DNA of 63,911 nucleotides, filler included, from Octopus bimaculoides (lineage: Eukaryota): assembly GCF_001194135.2 (NCBI RefSeq). It is 7 parts of 7 records of this genome, joined end to end, with 100 filler letters (N's around TTAATTAATTAA, not from the genome) between each part and the next. Parts side by side here need not be neighbours in the genome. Positions count along the whole stretch, not along the records: positions 46,097 to 55,833 come from NC_069007.1; positions 55,934 to 60,243 come from NC_069003.1; positions 60,344 to 63,911 come from NC_068998.1; 4 more parts are not named here. One strand, 5' to 3'. Both the position numbers and the translations under genes were made by a program. This document shows positions 51,011 to 62,030 of this stretch, in pieces. The notes beneath the pieces are model-generated. The model saw only the letters and a list, made by a program, of their open reading frames with translations, made no database searches and was not told the origin of the DNA. How positions within the stretch are numbered: position 1 is the stretch's first letter; each line of letters starts with the position of its first letter.

Positions 51011-51711
51011 AGGAAGCAATCTTCTGTATATTTGATTCATGTTGATTGTCATAGCGTTTTACATTCCCACGATTCCATCAGTAACCTTCTCTCTCTCTCT
51101 CTCTGTTTATCTCTATCTCTCACTCTCTCTCTCTCCTTTTGTCTCTCCTTTCAACTATACCACACACTCCTGCGCTTAACACGTTTTAATTCCTCTCCCC
51201 TTTTTCCTTCAACTATTTAACCACATAACATAATAGCAATCCCTTCCTCCTAACACTCTCCCCCCTCTCTCTCTCTTTCTTTTTGCCTCTTGCTTCAACT
51301 AACCACGTAGTAGCGTTACACATTTGGCCTTAGCGCATTAACATATAGATATTTCGATTGCAGTTCTATGACTGCATACAATTGTATTTCTATTTAAAAC
51401 CCTGCCCCCACCCAAAAACAATCTATGTTCAAAAATGCTACCTCTGTGGCCATCCCATTCCTTTATCAAGGACTGCATTGTCTAAACATCTTTCCATTTT
51501 TAAATCAATGGGATGAGTTTTTACAAAGGAATTTCGCTATTTTCAACACAAAGAACGACCTTAAAGAAATTCTGCACGTGCCTGTTCAGCGGATTCGATC
51601 GTCCTGACTCAAATAATGTATCAAGTGCTGGATGAGGTTTTGAAGTGTTGTGATGTGTCGTCTGCAGAGCTCCACATAGCTCTTCCATGCAGAAAAATTC
51701 CCCAGGAACCA

Positions 51712-51790
51712 TTGCGTGGCACCTTCCCAAGGTGCCACGCAGTGAGACTGAACCCGGAACCATGCGTTTGGGAAGCAAGTTTTTTTTATA
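51712..51790 (-). mobile_element. SINE family A head fragment
   Basis: cccaaggtgccacgcagtgagactgaacccggaacc. Confidence 0.75.
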
Positions 51791-52389
51791 CTCATTACTC
51801 ATTACTCATCACTCATTGCTCATTCTTCGTTGCTGTTAATACTGAGGTTCAAGCAAAGAGAAGCGAATTAGAGACGCTCCAAGATGGCGAAACTGTTGCA
51901 ACGGCTGTTGTCCTGATTCAGTTAGCGCGGAGTGGAATTGAGAAGCTTCAAGAGACGTTATATTTGATTGAAGTGAGTGCATAAAAATCTTGAGGGTTAT
52001 AAACTTTTTTCCATTATCCACACACCTAACCATCTACCAATCTACCCATCCACCCGTCTCTCTTGTACACTATATCACTATCGCTGACATTTGATCTTCA
52101 ATCTCTCAAGTAGGACAAAGAATATTTTTGAACCTCTTATCAATATATTTCTTTCTTATAATCCCTCCTCACATTCCCTCTCCTTCTTTCTCTCCTCCTC
52201 TTCCATTAACTTACATTTAATATTATAATATATATTTATTATTATTATTGTTTTCTCGTCCTAAATCTGCAATAAAGCTATTCGTTTATTATATTGTAAT
52301 CGGGGTTATTTGGTTGGCTTTTTATTTTTTTAGAATAGAGAAAAGGTTTCCTTCGTAATTTAAAGAATATGATTGGCGGTCAGATTTAC

Positions 52390-52567
52390 TTATTAAATGC
52401 GCAATTCCGTTCGCATTAATTTCAACGTTCCCCTCGCCAGATAATATCAAGTCCCACCCAGGTACTAAATCTTTACACAGCTGCGCTCCTCTTGTTGGTG
52501 TTGACAAGTTTTGCTGCCCTTCGTTTTCTTGGTATCGCGCATCTGTTGTTGTTGTTCCTGCTTGGTG
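52390..52567 (-). CDS. Candidate coding exon of an unidentified gene
   Basis: Long pyrimidine tract plus CAG acceptor; only one open frame, HQAGTTTTDARYQENEGQQNLSTPTRGAQLCKDLVPGWDLILSGEGNVEINANGIAHLI; donor GTAAAT, or read-through to a stop at 52322. Confidence 0.45.
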
Positions 52568-53549
52568 CTGTTGACGCAAAAAAACGATAAAAGGAAAGGA
52601 AGAAATATGGATGTCTGGACTGAATATTCCATCATTAACGTGAGTTAAAAGAATTCTATGCATTCTCCTGATACCTTTCACTACAGAAGANNNNNNNNNN
52701 NNNNNNNNNNNNNNNNNNNNNNNNNNNNNNNNNNNNNNNNNNNNNNNNNNNNNNNNNNNNNNNNNNNNNNNNNNNNNNNNNNNNNNNNNNNNNNNNNNNN
52801 NNNNNNNNNNNNNNNNNNNNNNNNNNNNNNNNNNNNNNNNNNNNNNNNNNNNNNNNNNNNNNNNNNNNNNNNNNNNNNNNNNNNNNNNNNNNNNNNNNNN
52901 NNNNNNNNNNNNNNNNNNNNNNNNNNNNNNNNNNNNNNNNNNNNNNNNNNNNNNNNNNNNNNNNNNNNNNNNNNNNNNNNNNNNNNNNNNNNNNNNNNNN
53001 NNNNNNNNNNNNNNNNNNNNNNNNNNNNNNNNNNNNNNNNNNNNNNNNNNNNNNNNNNNNNNNNNNNNNNNNNNNNNNNNNNNNNNNNNNNNNNNNNNNN
53101 NNNNNNNNNNNNNNNNNNNNNNNNNNNNNNNNNNNNNNNNNNNNNNNNNNNNNNNNNNNNNNNNNNNNNNNNNNNNNNNNNNNNNNNNNNNNNNNNNNNN
53201 NNNNNNNNNNNNNNNNNNNNNNNNNNNNNNNNNNNNNNNNNNNNNNNNNNNNNNNNNNNNNNNNNNNNNNNNNNNNNNNNNNNNNNNNNNNNNNNNNNNN
53301 NNNNNNNNNNNNNNNNNNNNNNNNNNNNNNNNNNNNNNNNNNNNNNNNNNNNNNNNNNNNNNNNNNNNNNNNNNNNNNNNNNNNNNNNNNNNNNNNNNNN
53401 NNNNNNNNNNNNNNNNNNNNNNNNNNNNNNNNNNNNNNNNNNNNNNNNNNNNNNNNNNNNNNNNNNNNNNNNNNNNNNNNNNNNNNNNNNNNNNNNNNNN
53501 NNNNNNNNNNNNTATATACAAATATTTATATATACACATATACCTTCTT

Positions 53550-53710
53550 TTATTTTTTTATTCTTTTACTTGTTTCAGTCATTAGGTTGCGGCCATGCTG
53601 AAGCACCGCCTTGAACGATTTTAGTTGAATGAATCAGCCCCAGAACTTTTTTTGTTATTTCTTTTTTTTTTTTTCTTTTTTAGGTCTAGTACTTATTCTA
53701 TCGGTCAGAT
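53550..53710 (-). mobile_element. SINE family A tail
   Basis: cttttacttgtttcagtcattaggttgcggccatgctgaagcaccgcc. Confidence 0.8.
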
Positions 53711-54490
53711 TTGCCTGAAAGTTGTTATTTTATACCTTCTACGGACTGCTCGAAGCTTACTAACTTCCTACACCTTGATCTTTGAATCATACCTTTTTAT
53801 ATTACTTTGTGTGTGTGTGCGTGCGCGCGTGTGTGTGTCTTTATGTATGTGTCTACATATGTATGCATGTATATATATATATATATATATATTGAGAGAG
53901 AGAAAAATACTTATACATATATATATAACTGTATATACACACACATACACATACACACGCTCACACATACACGCAAGCATACACACAGATATACTAATAC
54001 ACATATGTGTATGCGTACGTAATATTATTAGACAAGCTTAAAAAGTGGTTCACAACGATGTAAGCAGCAAAGATAAGGGGGCCCTTTATCAACTTGTTTG
54101 TGTTTTTCGTTTCTCTCCCTTCACTAACGTATATATATATTTTTCTTATGTGTGGCACGTGGTCCCTGAGAAATAATTTCAGTTACATAATTCTGAAAAG
54201 ATAATGGGGACGGCTTGCAATAAGCGTGCTACGTTTAAAACAAATACTTCGTGTTGTTTAGTAAAAAGCCTTAATTATACCCCAAGTCCTGTGGAGATGA
54301 AAACTTCTAGAACTGGTTAAAAAAATACTGCTTTAGCTCGTACTACGGTGCGACCTTTGCGTAAAGGCAACTTTTACTGAGAGTTCGAGCCCATCACAAA
54401 TGCTGTAAGTTTCATGTTGCTTGGGACTTCACAATAAATTTGAGCCTCGGTCTCTCACAGAATTCTGTTCCCCCATTAGTAAATCTCTCG

Positions 54491-54921
54491 AATGCGGCTA
54501 GCTGGCAGAAACGTTAGCACGTCGGGCAAAATGCTTAGCGGTATTTCGTCCGTCGTTACGTTCTGAGTTCAAATTCCACCGAGGTCGACTTTGCCTTTCA
54601 TCCTTTCGGGGTCGATTAAATAAGTACCAGTTACGCACTGGGGATCAATATAATCGACTTAATTTCTTTTTCCTTGTTTGTCCCCTCTCTGTGTAGCCCC
54701 TTGTGGGCAGTAAAGAAATAAGGAACGTTAGCACGCCGGGCGAAATGCTTGGCGGTATTTCGTCTGCCGCTACGTTCTGAGTTCAAATTCCGCCGAGGTC
54801 GACTTTGCCTTTCATCCTTTCGGGGTCGATAAATTAAGTAGCAGTTGCATACTGGGGAGGGGGTCTAATCGACTGGCCCCCTCCCCCAAAATTTCAGGCT
54901 TTGGGCTTAGAGTAGAAAAGA
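54491..54921 (+). mobile_element. Tandem or nested SINE family B dimer with a 16-bp TSD
   Basis: Two B bodies with different tails; attagtaaatctctcg at 54475-54490 and 54922-54937. Confidence 0.9.
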
Positions 54922-55009
54922 ATTAGTAAATCTCTCGTTGTTATTCTTAAACTTGCTTGGAAATTATAATTTCGGTTTAACACTTACATGTCCATCACGC
55001 ACATACACA

Positions 55010-55150
55010 CACACTTTCCGTATATCAAATCCGCTCACAAGGCCCTAGTCGGTCCGAGGCTATAGTAGAAGACACTAGCCCAAGGTGCCACGCAGCAGGA
55101 CCGAACCCGAAACCATGTAGTTGAGAAGCAAGCCTCCTACCACACAGCTA
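55010..55150 (-). mobile_element. SINE family A head and body
   Basis: ctcacaaggccctagtcggtccgaggctatagtagaagacac..ccacacagc. Confidence 0.85.
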
Positions 55151-55489
55151 TTTGAATGACTCCAAACTTTGTGAGATTTTGTGAGAATATTGTCGACAAT
55201 ATTCGATCTACGGCCGCACCAGAAGAACGATCATTTTGCGAATTCAAACAACAACTTTTGAAAGTCTGATATGTTTGAAACTTGCTGACTCAACAAGTTC
55301 GAATACTGTTAGTGTTGTTAGATTATAAGAGATACAAAAATAAAATCAGCCAAGGTAATTTTCTTAGCCGATTAGGTTTATCGCGTCATATAGCTATCAG
55401 GTCATTTTGGTGCACAAGGAATAAAACATTTACAAAAGTTTACTTGTGGTTTTATTCAGATAGTCTTCAATTAATTTTGTGCTATCATA

Positions 55490-55833
55490 ATTGTGTGGTT
55501 AGGGCAGCGGACTCGCAGTCATAGGATCGCGGTTTCGATTCCCAGACTGGGCGTTGTGAGTGTTTATTGAGCGAAAACACCTAAAAGCTCCACGAGGCTC
55601 CGGCAGGGGGATGGTGGCGAACCCTGCTGTACTCTTTCACCACAACTTTCTCTCACTCTTATTTCCTGTTTCTGTTGTGCCTGTAATTCAAAGGGTCAGC
55701 CTTGTCACACTCTGTGTCACGCTGAATATCCCCGAGAACTACGTTAAAGGCACACGTGTCTGTGGAGTGCTCAGCCACTTGCACGTTAATTTCACGAGCA
55801 GGCTGTTCCGTTGATTGGATCAACTGGAAGCCT
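55490..55833 (+). mobile_element. SINE family C, tail type 2
   Basis: Same head and body as 41625-41920, then a different tail (gggtcagccttgtcacactctgtgtcacgctg...). Confidence 0.88.
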
Positions 55834-55933
55834 NNNNNNNNNNNNNNNNNNNNNNNNNNNNNNNNNNNNNNNNNNNNTTAATTAATTAANNNNNNNNNNN
55901 NNNNNNNNNNNNNNNNNNNNNNNNNNNNNNNNN
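55834..55933. other. Assembly join spacer
   Basis: 44 N + TTAATTAATTAA + 44 N. Confidence 0.97.
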
Positions 55934-55944
55934 ATATATCTATA

Positions 55945-56112
55945 TATATACGACGGACTTCTTTCAGTTTCCGTCTACCAAATCCACTCACAAGGCTTTG
56001 GTCGGCCCGGGGCTATAGTAGAAGACACTTGCCCAAGGTGCCGCGCAGTGGGGATGAACCTGGAACCATGTGATTGGTAACCTAGCTACCTACCACACAG
56101 CCACTCCTGCAC
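55945..56112 (-). mobile_element. SINE family A head and body
   Basis: Clear match ending ccacacagccactcctgcacctat. Confidence 0.9.
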
Positions 56113-56509
56113 CTATGTATATATATATTTATGCATACAGCGATATATAATGGACAGTTGATAATTCACTCTATTACAACTGAATTACTTGCCGTGTATA
56201 GTCAGTCCTTCATACAATCTCTGTGTTGCCTGGACGTCTAGTTCTACTCTACTTTGTTTATGAAACCACTTCCAAATTATTACCACACGCACACACACAC
56301 CAACACACACACAACCACACATATACATGCAAGCACAGGAACATTTGTGTATGTGTATAGTAAATAGATGCACATGAACGTAGTAAATAGCGTCTTAATT
56401 CATCTAATTATGCTCTTTATTCTTTGAGAGCGCTCCACAATTTAAATAATAAATTGAGCTTTGACCATTGTTTATGTAAAATGAATAAATGATAAGAATA
56501 TATTTCATA

Positions 56510-56800
56510 TATACCCATTTACAGAAAATATATACACCCATTAATTTCATTTAATTTTCATAATGAATATATATATACCAATAAATTTCATATACACCCA
56601 TTTAAAGAAAATATATACACCCATGAATTTCATTTATTCTCATATAATGAAAATAAACATATGTATATATGTATATACCAATAAATTTCATATATACCCA
56701 TTTAAAGAAATATATACACCCATGAATTTCATTTATACTCATATAATGAAAATACATATATCTATACCCATAAATTCCATATATACCCATAAAAAGAAAA
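56510..56800 (+). repeat. Degenerate AT-rich tandem repeat, three copies, period about 83-98 bp
   Basis: aaatatatacacccat(t/g)aatttcattta recurs near 56526, 56609, 56707. Confidence 0.8.
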
Positions 56801-56829
56801 TGTGCTTATTTACCTAAATGCAATCATCT

Positions 56830-57300
56830 GGGACATCAAGATGTTTCTGTCCTATTTACTGCTTTAGATAGTGCTCAAAGGGACAAGTTCCCACGAAGCC
56901 CTATTATTAACACTAGTGATTTGAAGGGGTTAAACATACAGCCACCAGAACATATAACAAAAACAATGTGAACCTAATTATATACAACATCGAAATCTTT
57001 AAAAAAGCTGTGGAAAAATGCAAGCAGATATATAACTATGCTTTCTCTTGAGTATATTTGAGAGTGCCAAATATACTCAAGGGAAGACATATTTAGATTT
57101 GTGGTGAAGGTAGCAGCCTGTCTAAACTTCCAAAGATGATGCCCTATTGTTCTCTCAACAAGTGTTTAATGAATTGTTATATGTTGTCTAATTTATTGAT
57201 ATTTATTAATTAATGAGAACACATAAGAATTCTATTCAGACAAATATGTAAGTTGAATTTGGTGAAACTTTAAATTGTAGAATTAATTTGATATAATTAA
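56830..57300 (+). pseudogene. Possible very decayed PLE endonuclease-region fragment
   Basis: YNKNNVNL and GKTYL..GEG resemble the FNRNNVK and TYIG..EG motifs; weak. Confidence 0.3.
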
Positions 57301-57339
57301 CTTTAACAATTCTCTTTGTGGATACATCTGAAATATATA

Positions 57340-57500
57340 ACCCTTTCCATTCTAGGCACAAAGTATGAAATCTTGAGAGAGGGGGTTAAACTGATTAGAT
57401 CGACTCCCAGTGCTCAACTGGTACTTATTTTATTGACCTCAACAGCACTTGAACTCAGAACGTTAAGACAATTGAAATGCTGCTAAGTATTTCGCCAGCT
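57340..57500 (-). mobile_element. Degenerate SINE family B
   Basis: gatcgactcccagtgctcaactggtacttatttt..gaactcagaacgt. Confidence 0.7.
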
Positions 57501-57525
57501 TGCCACCTTCTGAAATATATAATGA

Positions 57526-57526
<1 letters not shown>

Positions 57527-57586
<60 letters not shown>
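57527..57586. repeat. (CTA)n microsatellite
   Basis: Direct reading. Confidence 0.95.
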
Positions 57587-57587
<1 letters not shown>

Positions 57588-57791
57588 ACACACACACACG
57601 TGCACATGCACACACATGTATATAAACATATATATTTATTAATTCATAAAAGAATATAAGGATAAAAAACACACTAATGCTTTTTATCTAGTAGTCAGCA
57701 TGCTTTAAAAATTTATAAGCATTTAATGCATTCAATTAATAATAATGTACATATGTATATAATCATAGCACTGACATCTCATTTTAATAGA

Positions 57792-58584
57792 TATATTTAC
57801 CAAAATTACAGAAAAATATCTTGAAATACTAAAGAGTAAATTTATTCAATAAAATCGCCATTGGCTTCAACCATGGCCTCCAGACGACTTTGGAATCTCC
57901 TGCAACTCTTCTGGACGACCTCCTTGTTTAAGTTGGTGAATGATCCTGTAATCCTTGCCTTCAGTTCAACTTTGGTGTTACCAGGAGTTTTATTTGTCTC
58001 TCGCTCAACTGCACCCCACACATAGTAATCAAGGGGGGATGCAGTCTGGGGAGTTAGGTAGCCAGATGTTAGGAGTGATGTGGTCACAGAAATTGTCTGA
58101 CAACCATGATTGTGTTCTCCTGCTTGTGTGGCTTGGTGCAGAGACTTGCTGCCAGATATAGGGTCTTCCAGCAGCCACGCTCTTGACCCAGGGCAGCACT
58201 ACCTCCTCCAGGCACTTTATGTAGGCCTCTGTTGAGACTGAGGCTGTGTGGGAAGATGAAGGGAAGCATAATGTCGCCATCACCAGTGATCATTCCAAAC
58301 ACCATGATGTTGACTGCTTGTTTGATTTTTATCACTTTTGGTACATCTCCTTAGATTGCACTGTCCTCAGATTGGCACCCAAACACTCTAAAATGTTCGT
58401 ATAGGAGCTTCCAGTGCAAATGCCAAGCAGTAGAGGATGTTGTTCCCAAATATCTGGCAGAGTAAATTGTGCCATGATGCTATTTTTCTCACATACAGTG
58501 CCCAACTGACCCTACTATACTATGTAGAGAACAAAATTAAAGACAAAAAATATAAAATGGCAACAATTTAACCATTGCACCCTG
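57792..58584 (-). mobile_element. maT-family (DD37D) transposon relic, copy 2, internally deleted
   Basis: WQQ(V)SAPSHTSRRTQSWLSDNFCDHITPNIWLPNSPDC..LDYYVW gives 37 residues between the second and third catalytic positions; 5' TIR TA-CAGGGTGCA at 58584. Confidence 0.9.
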
Positions 58585-58970
58585 TAGTAGCAGCAGCAGT
58601 AACAGTAGTAGTAGTGGTAGTGGTGGTAGTGGTAGTGGTGGTAGTAGTAGTAGTAGTAGTAGCAGCAGCAATAGCAACAGCAGCAGCAGTAACATTAGTA
58701 GTAGTGGTAGTGGTGGTGGTGGTGGTGGTGGTAGTAGTAGTAGTAGTATGTATAATTAGAAGTCAATACACATAGACACACTCAAACATGCACACACAAG
58801 GAGACAGAGGTACACACATAAATACACACACACACACACACACACACACCCATTCTCATACATACACACACAAACATGAACACACAACCACATGAAAACA
58901 CTTGAATACACAGAATACATACATGCAAATGTTCACACATGCATACATATGCATATGCATACACACACAC

Positions 58971-59003
<33 letters not shown>

Positions 59004-59221
59004 CATACATGCATGCACACTGATACACACATGCACACAAACAAACAAACAAAAAGAGCGCAGCTCTGATAAGGGACAGAGTCAACAAATATTGAAGAGG
59101 TTGCATGAGGCAACAAAAATTTTAGAAAAAATGAATAAGTAAATGAGTGTAAATTCAACTGATGAGTGTGTTAATTAATGAGGCATTAAAACAGAATGAC
59201 TCTCCCCAGATGCAATAAATT

Positions 59222-59809
59222 TATTATTATTGAGTGAGAGAGCAGTGCATGCCATCAAAGTAACACAGGGGTAAAATATACGAAGCCCATTATGCCCATC
59301 ATGACTACCCGTCTGATAAAGGTACACCAGGCACATGCATCACAACCATATGTGCGCGACATGGTGATCTCATATCAAGATAAACAGCGCATGACCTCGC
59401 AGGTGGGGGCCCAGTTAGAATTTTCTTCAGATCGAGTAGCCCATCCCGTTCAAAAAGTCCCTGAATAAGGGTTCTTTAAGGATGTTGAGTAAAACACCCA
59501 TGTTTCCAGAGGTGGATTATCCTAACTCCAAAGAAATCCTCTCAACTCATGGCTATGATGATCCCCGACTACTTCTGCTCATGATCAGAGACGCACATAT
59601 CGTCAGCCACCAAGGGACATGCTCAACTGGTTACAGTCAAGCAACTGACAAGCAAATCTGTGGTATTGAGCAGAATATTTACTGTAGCCCATCTTTTATA
59701 CTAAAACAAAACAATATTCATGATAGCACCTCCAATCAGTTAAGATCAGAAGCCATGAGAACCTCTGCCTGGTACTGCATCCGGGTATTTATTATTATTA
59801 TTATTATTA

Positions 59810-59840
<31 letters not shown>
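59222..59840 (-). mobile_element. (AAT)n-flanked retroposon, full-length copy 3
   Basis: Homologous to 10295-11180; (TTA)n on both sides. Confidence 0.88.
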
Positions 59841-59841
<1 letters not shown>

Positions 59842-60004
59842 TGAAATAGTTTTGTTCATCCCCATACAAAGTAAAGTTTTGTAGGCTTCATATGGAAACC
59901 TAGCTCTTGTTTAAACCTGATGCAATAGGTTCCTGTAATGAACCTGTAATAGTTGCGTGTGGGTTGAATCAAACTGTTTTAATTAATAACATATGTAACT
60001 TCAT

Positions 60005-60165
60005 TGTCTGTCATTACATTCTGAGTTCAAATTCTACCGAGGTCAACTTTGCCTTTCATCCTTTTGAGGTTGATAAATCAAGTACCAGTTGCATACTGGG
60101 ATTGATATAATTGACTGGCCCTATCCCCCCTAAATTTTGGGCCTTGTGCCAAGAGTAGAAAAGAA
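60005..60165 (+). mobile_element. SINE family B, 5'-truncated
   Basis: ttctgagttcaaattctaccgaggtcaactttgcctttcatcc...gtagaaaagaat. Confidence 0.85.
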
Positions 60166-60243
60166 TATATGTAACTTCAACGAAATGTGTTGATTGCTTC
60201 TTTCATTTGTTTGCCAACTCACCTCACTCATGTTTATATATAT

Positions 60244-60343
60244 NNNNNNNNNNNNNNNNNNNNNNNNNNNNNNNNNNNNNNNNNNNNTTAATTAATTAAN
60301 NNNNNNNNNNNNNNNNNNNNNNNNNNNNNNNNNNNNNNNNNNN
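60244..60343. other. Assembly join spacer
   Basis: 44 N + TTAATTAATTAA + 44 N. Confidence 0.97.
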
Positions 60344-60542
60344 TAATCAATCCAGAAGATTCTTTCAAAGAGATGCGATTAACAAAAAAGAAAATAAATA
60401 GATTCGACTCGTATCTCACTAAAGAGTTAATAGAAATTGTTGAAAAAATAACGTGCTCCGGAGAAGGGGGTTTCTCTCTTTGCTCTCCTGTTAGCTAAGC
60501 CACTGCTAAAGGGTTAATATTGTCTTTTTCTTTTCGTTGCAG

Positions 60543-60621
60543 TTGACGATTGTCCTCCTGGTGTGGCTGTAGTTTTGTGTGCAAGAAATCCTTGCGAAAA
60601 TATCTCCAGCAAGAGATGTCG
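60543..60621 (+). CDS. Gene 2 exon A, Cys-rich extracellular-type module, first half
   Basis: Acceptor ttgtctttttcttttcgttgcag, donor GTGAGT, phase 1 to 2, DDCPPGVAVVLCARNPCENISSKRC. Confidence 0.88.
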
Positions 60622-60809
60622 GTGAGTACAGCATTGTTGCTATTTTTGTTTTGCCTCGGACCAGACGTGGTTCACTTGATCCAAAATCAAAAGCGTTCCA
60701 ACCATGATTGTCCAGTCATTTACCCGAGTGCATCAATTTATACAGTTCTTATGCCATAGGGGCCTGTTTTATTTTTCGAAGGAGTAGATTCCTATTGTAT
60801 TTTTTATCT

Positions 60810-61165
60810 TTATCTTTTACTTGTTTCAGTCATTAGACTACGGCCATGATGGGGCACCGCGTTGTAGCATTTTTAGTCGAATGAATCAACCCAGTCGTTA
60901 TTATTTTTCAAAGCCTGGTACTTATTCTATCGATCTCTTTCGTCGAACAGTAAAGTTACACCAACACCGGTTGTTAAGCGATGGGGGACAAACACAAGCA
61001 CAAACACGCACACATATGTATACGACGGGCTTCTAGCAAATACACTCACAAAGCTTTGGTCGGCCCGAGGCTTTAATAGAAGACACTTGCCCAAGGTGTC
61101 ATGCGGTGGGACTGAACCCGGATCCATGTGGTTGGGAAGAAAACTTCTTAATGACACTGCCACTC
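60810..61165 (-). mobile_element. SINE family A in gene 2 intron
   Basis: Tail, body and head all recognisable on the minus strand. Confidence 0.88.
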
Positions 61166-61767
61166 CGTTATTCCTTTGCATGTCTCTTCGCGAATTCCAA
61201 ATAACATCAAGGTCACGGGAAGACGATATAATTATCAACAGCTAACATTTAATTAAAGCAATTAAGAAACTCATCAACCTGGAAATTGCGTATTTCATTC
61301 ACTTAAGACTCACAAATTTATGGTCGTGCAAATTTCGAAAAGGACCGGACGAAAGAACGAAAAACGAAACTTGGTTTTCAGAAACCGCAAAAAGAAACAA
61401 AATCTTTTCTAGCCTTTATCAGGCCAGACCGACGAAACAAGTAAAAAAAAAAAATGTATGTGTGTATGTATGTATGTATGTGTGTGTGTGTGTGTATGTA
61501 TGTATGTCATTATTCAGTTTATTTCAAGATTTCTTGCCAATAGAGAGAGAACCGGTTTCTAACCCAGATCCAAGGCTTTTTCATTGGAATTTCAACATTA
61601 ACAACAGGGCATTTTTTTTGCGTATGTATGTATGTATGTATGTATGTATGTATGTATGTATATGTGTGTGCGTGTGTGTTGTGTGTCTCTTAAGTCAGGC
61701 CACGACGTGGCATCAACGCCATCATATCCCCTATAACCAGCCTTTTTTTTATTAACTTCCATTTCAG

Positions 61768-61838
61768 CACCAACATGTGCGGTGGCTGCTTCGCCGAATG
61801 TTTTGATGACAAAAATCAAACAATAACATGCGAACAAA
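61768..61838 (+). CDS. Gene 2 exon B, Cys-rich module, second half
   Basis: Acceptor ttccatttcag, donor GTGAGT, phase 2 to 1, (R)TNMCGGCFAECFDDKNQTITCEQ; in phase with exon A. Confidence 0.88.
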
Positions 61839-61859
61839 GTGAGTGCCATCCTTTTTTTT

Positions 61860-62030
61860 TCTTTGTTGTTGTATTTGCAGTTGTTGTTCTTGTTGTTGTA
61901 ATTATTGTTACTGTTGCTGTTGTTGTTGTGGTTATTGTTGTTTGTTGTTATTCTTGTTCTTGTTGTTATAACTGCCGTTGTTCTTGTTGTTATTGAGGTT
62001 GTTGTTGCAGCTGCTGCTGTTTTTCTTTTT
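61860..62030. repeat. Degenerate (GTT)n microsatellite
   Basis: Direct reading. Confidence 0.9.

Noticed and set aside
51450-51700. Possible mariner catalytic C-terminus on minus strand
   Set aside because: Only faint similarity (PHP..QNF); the YSPDL motif is absent.
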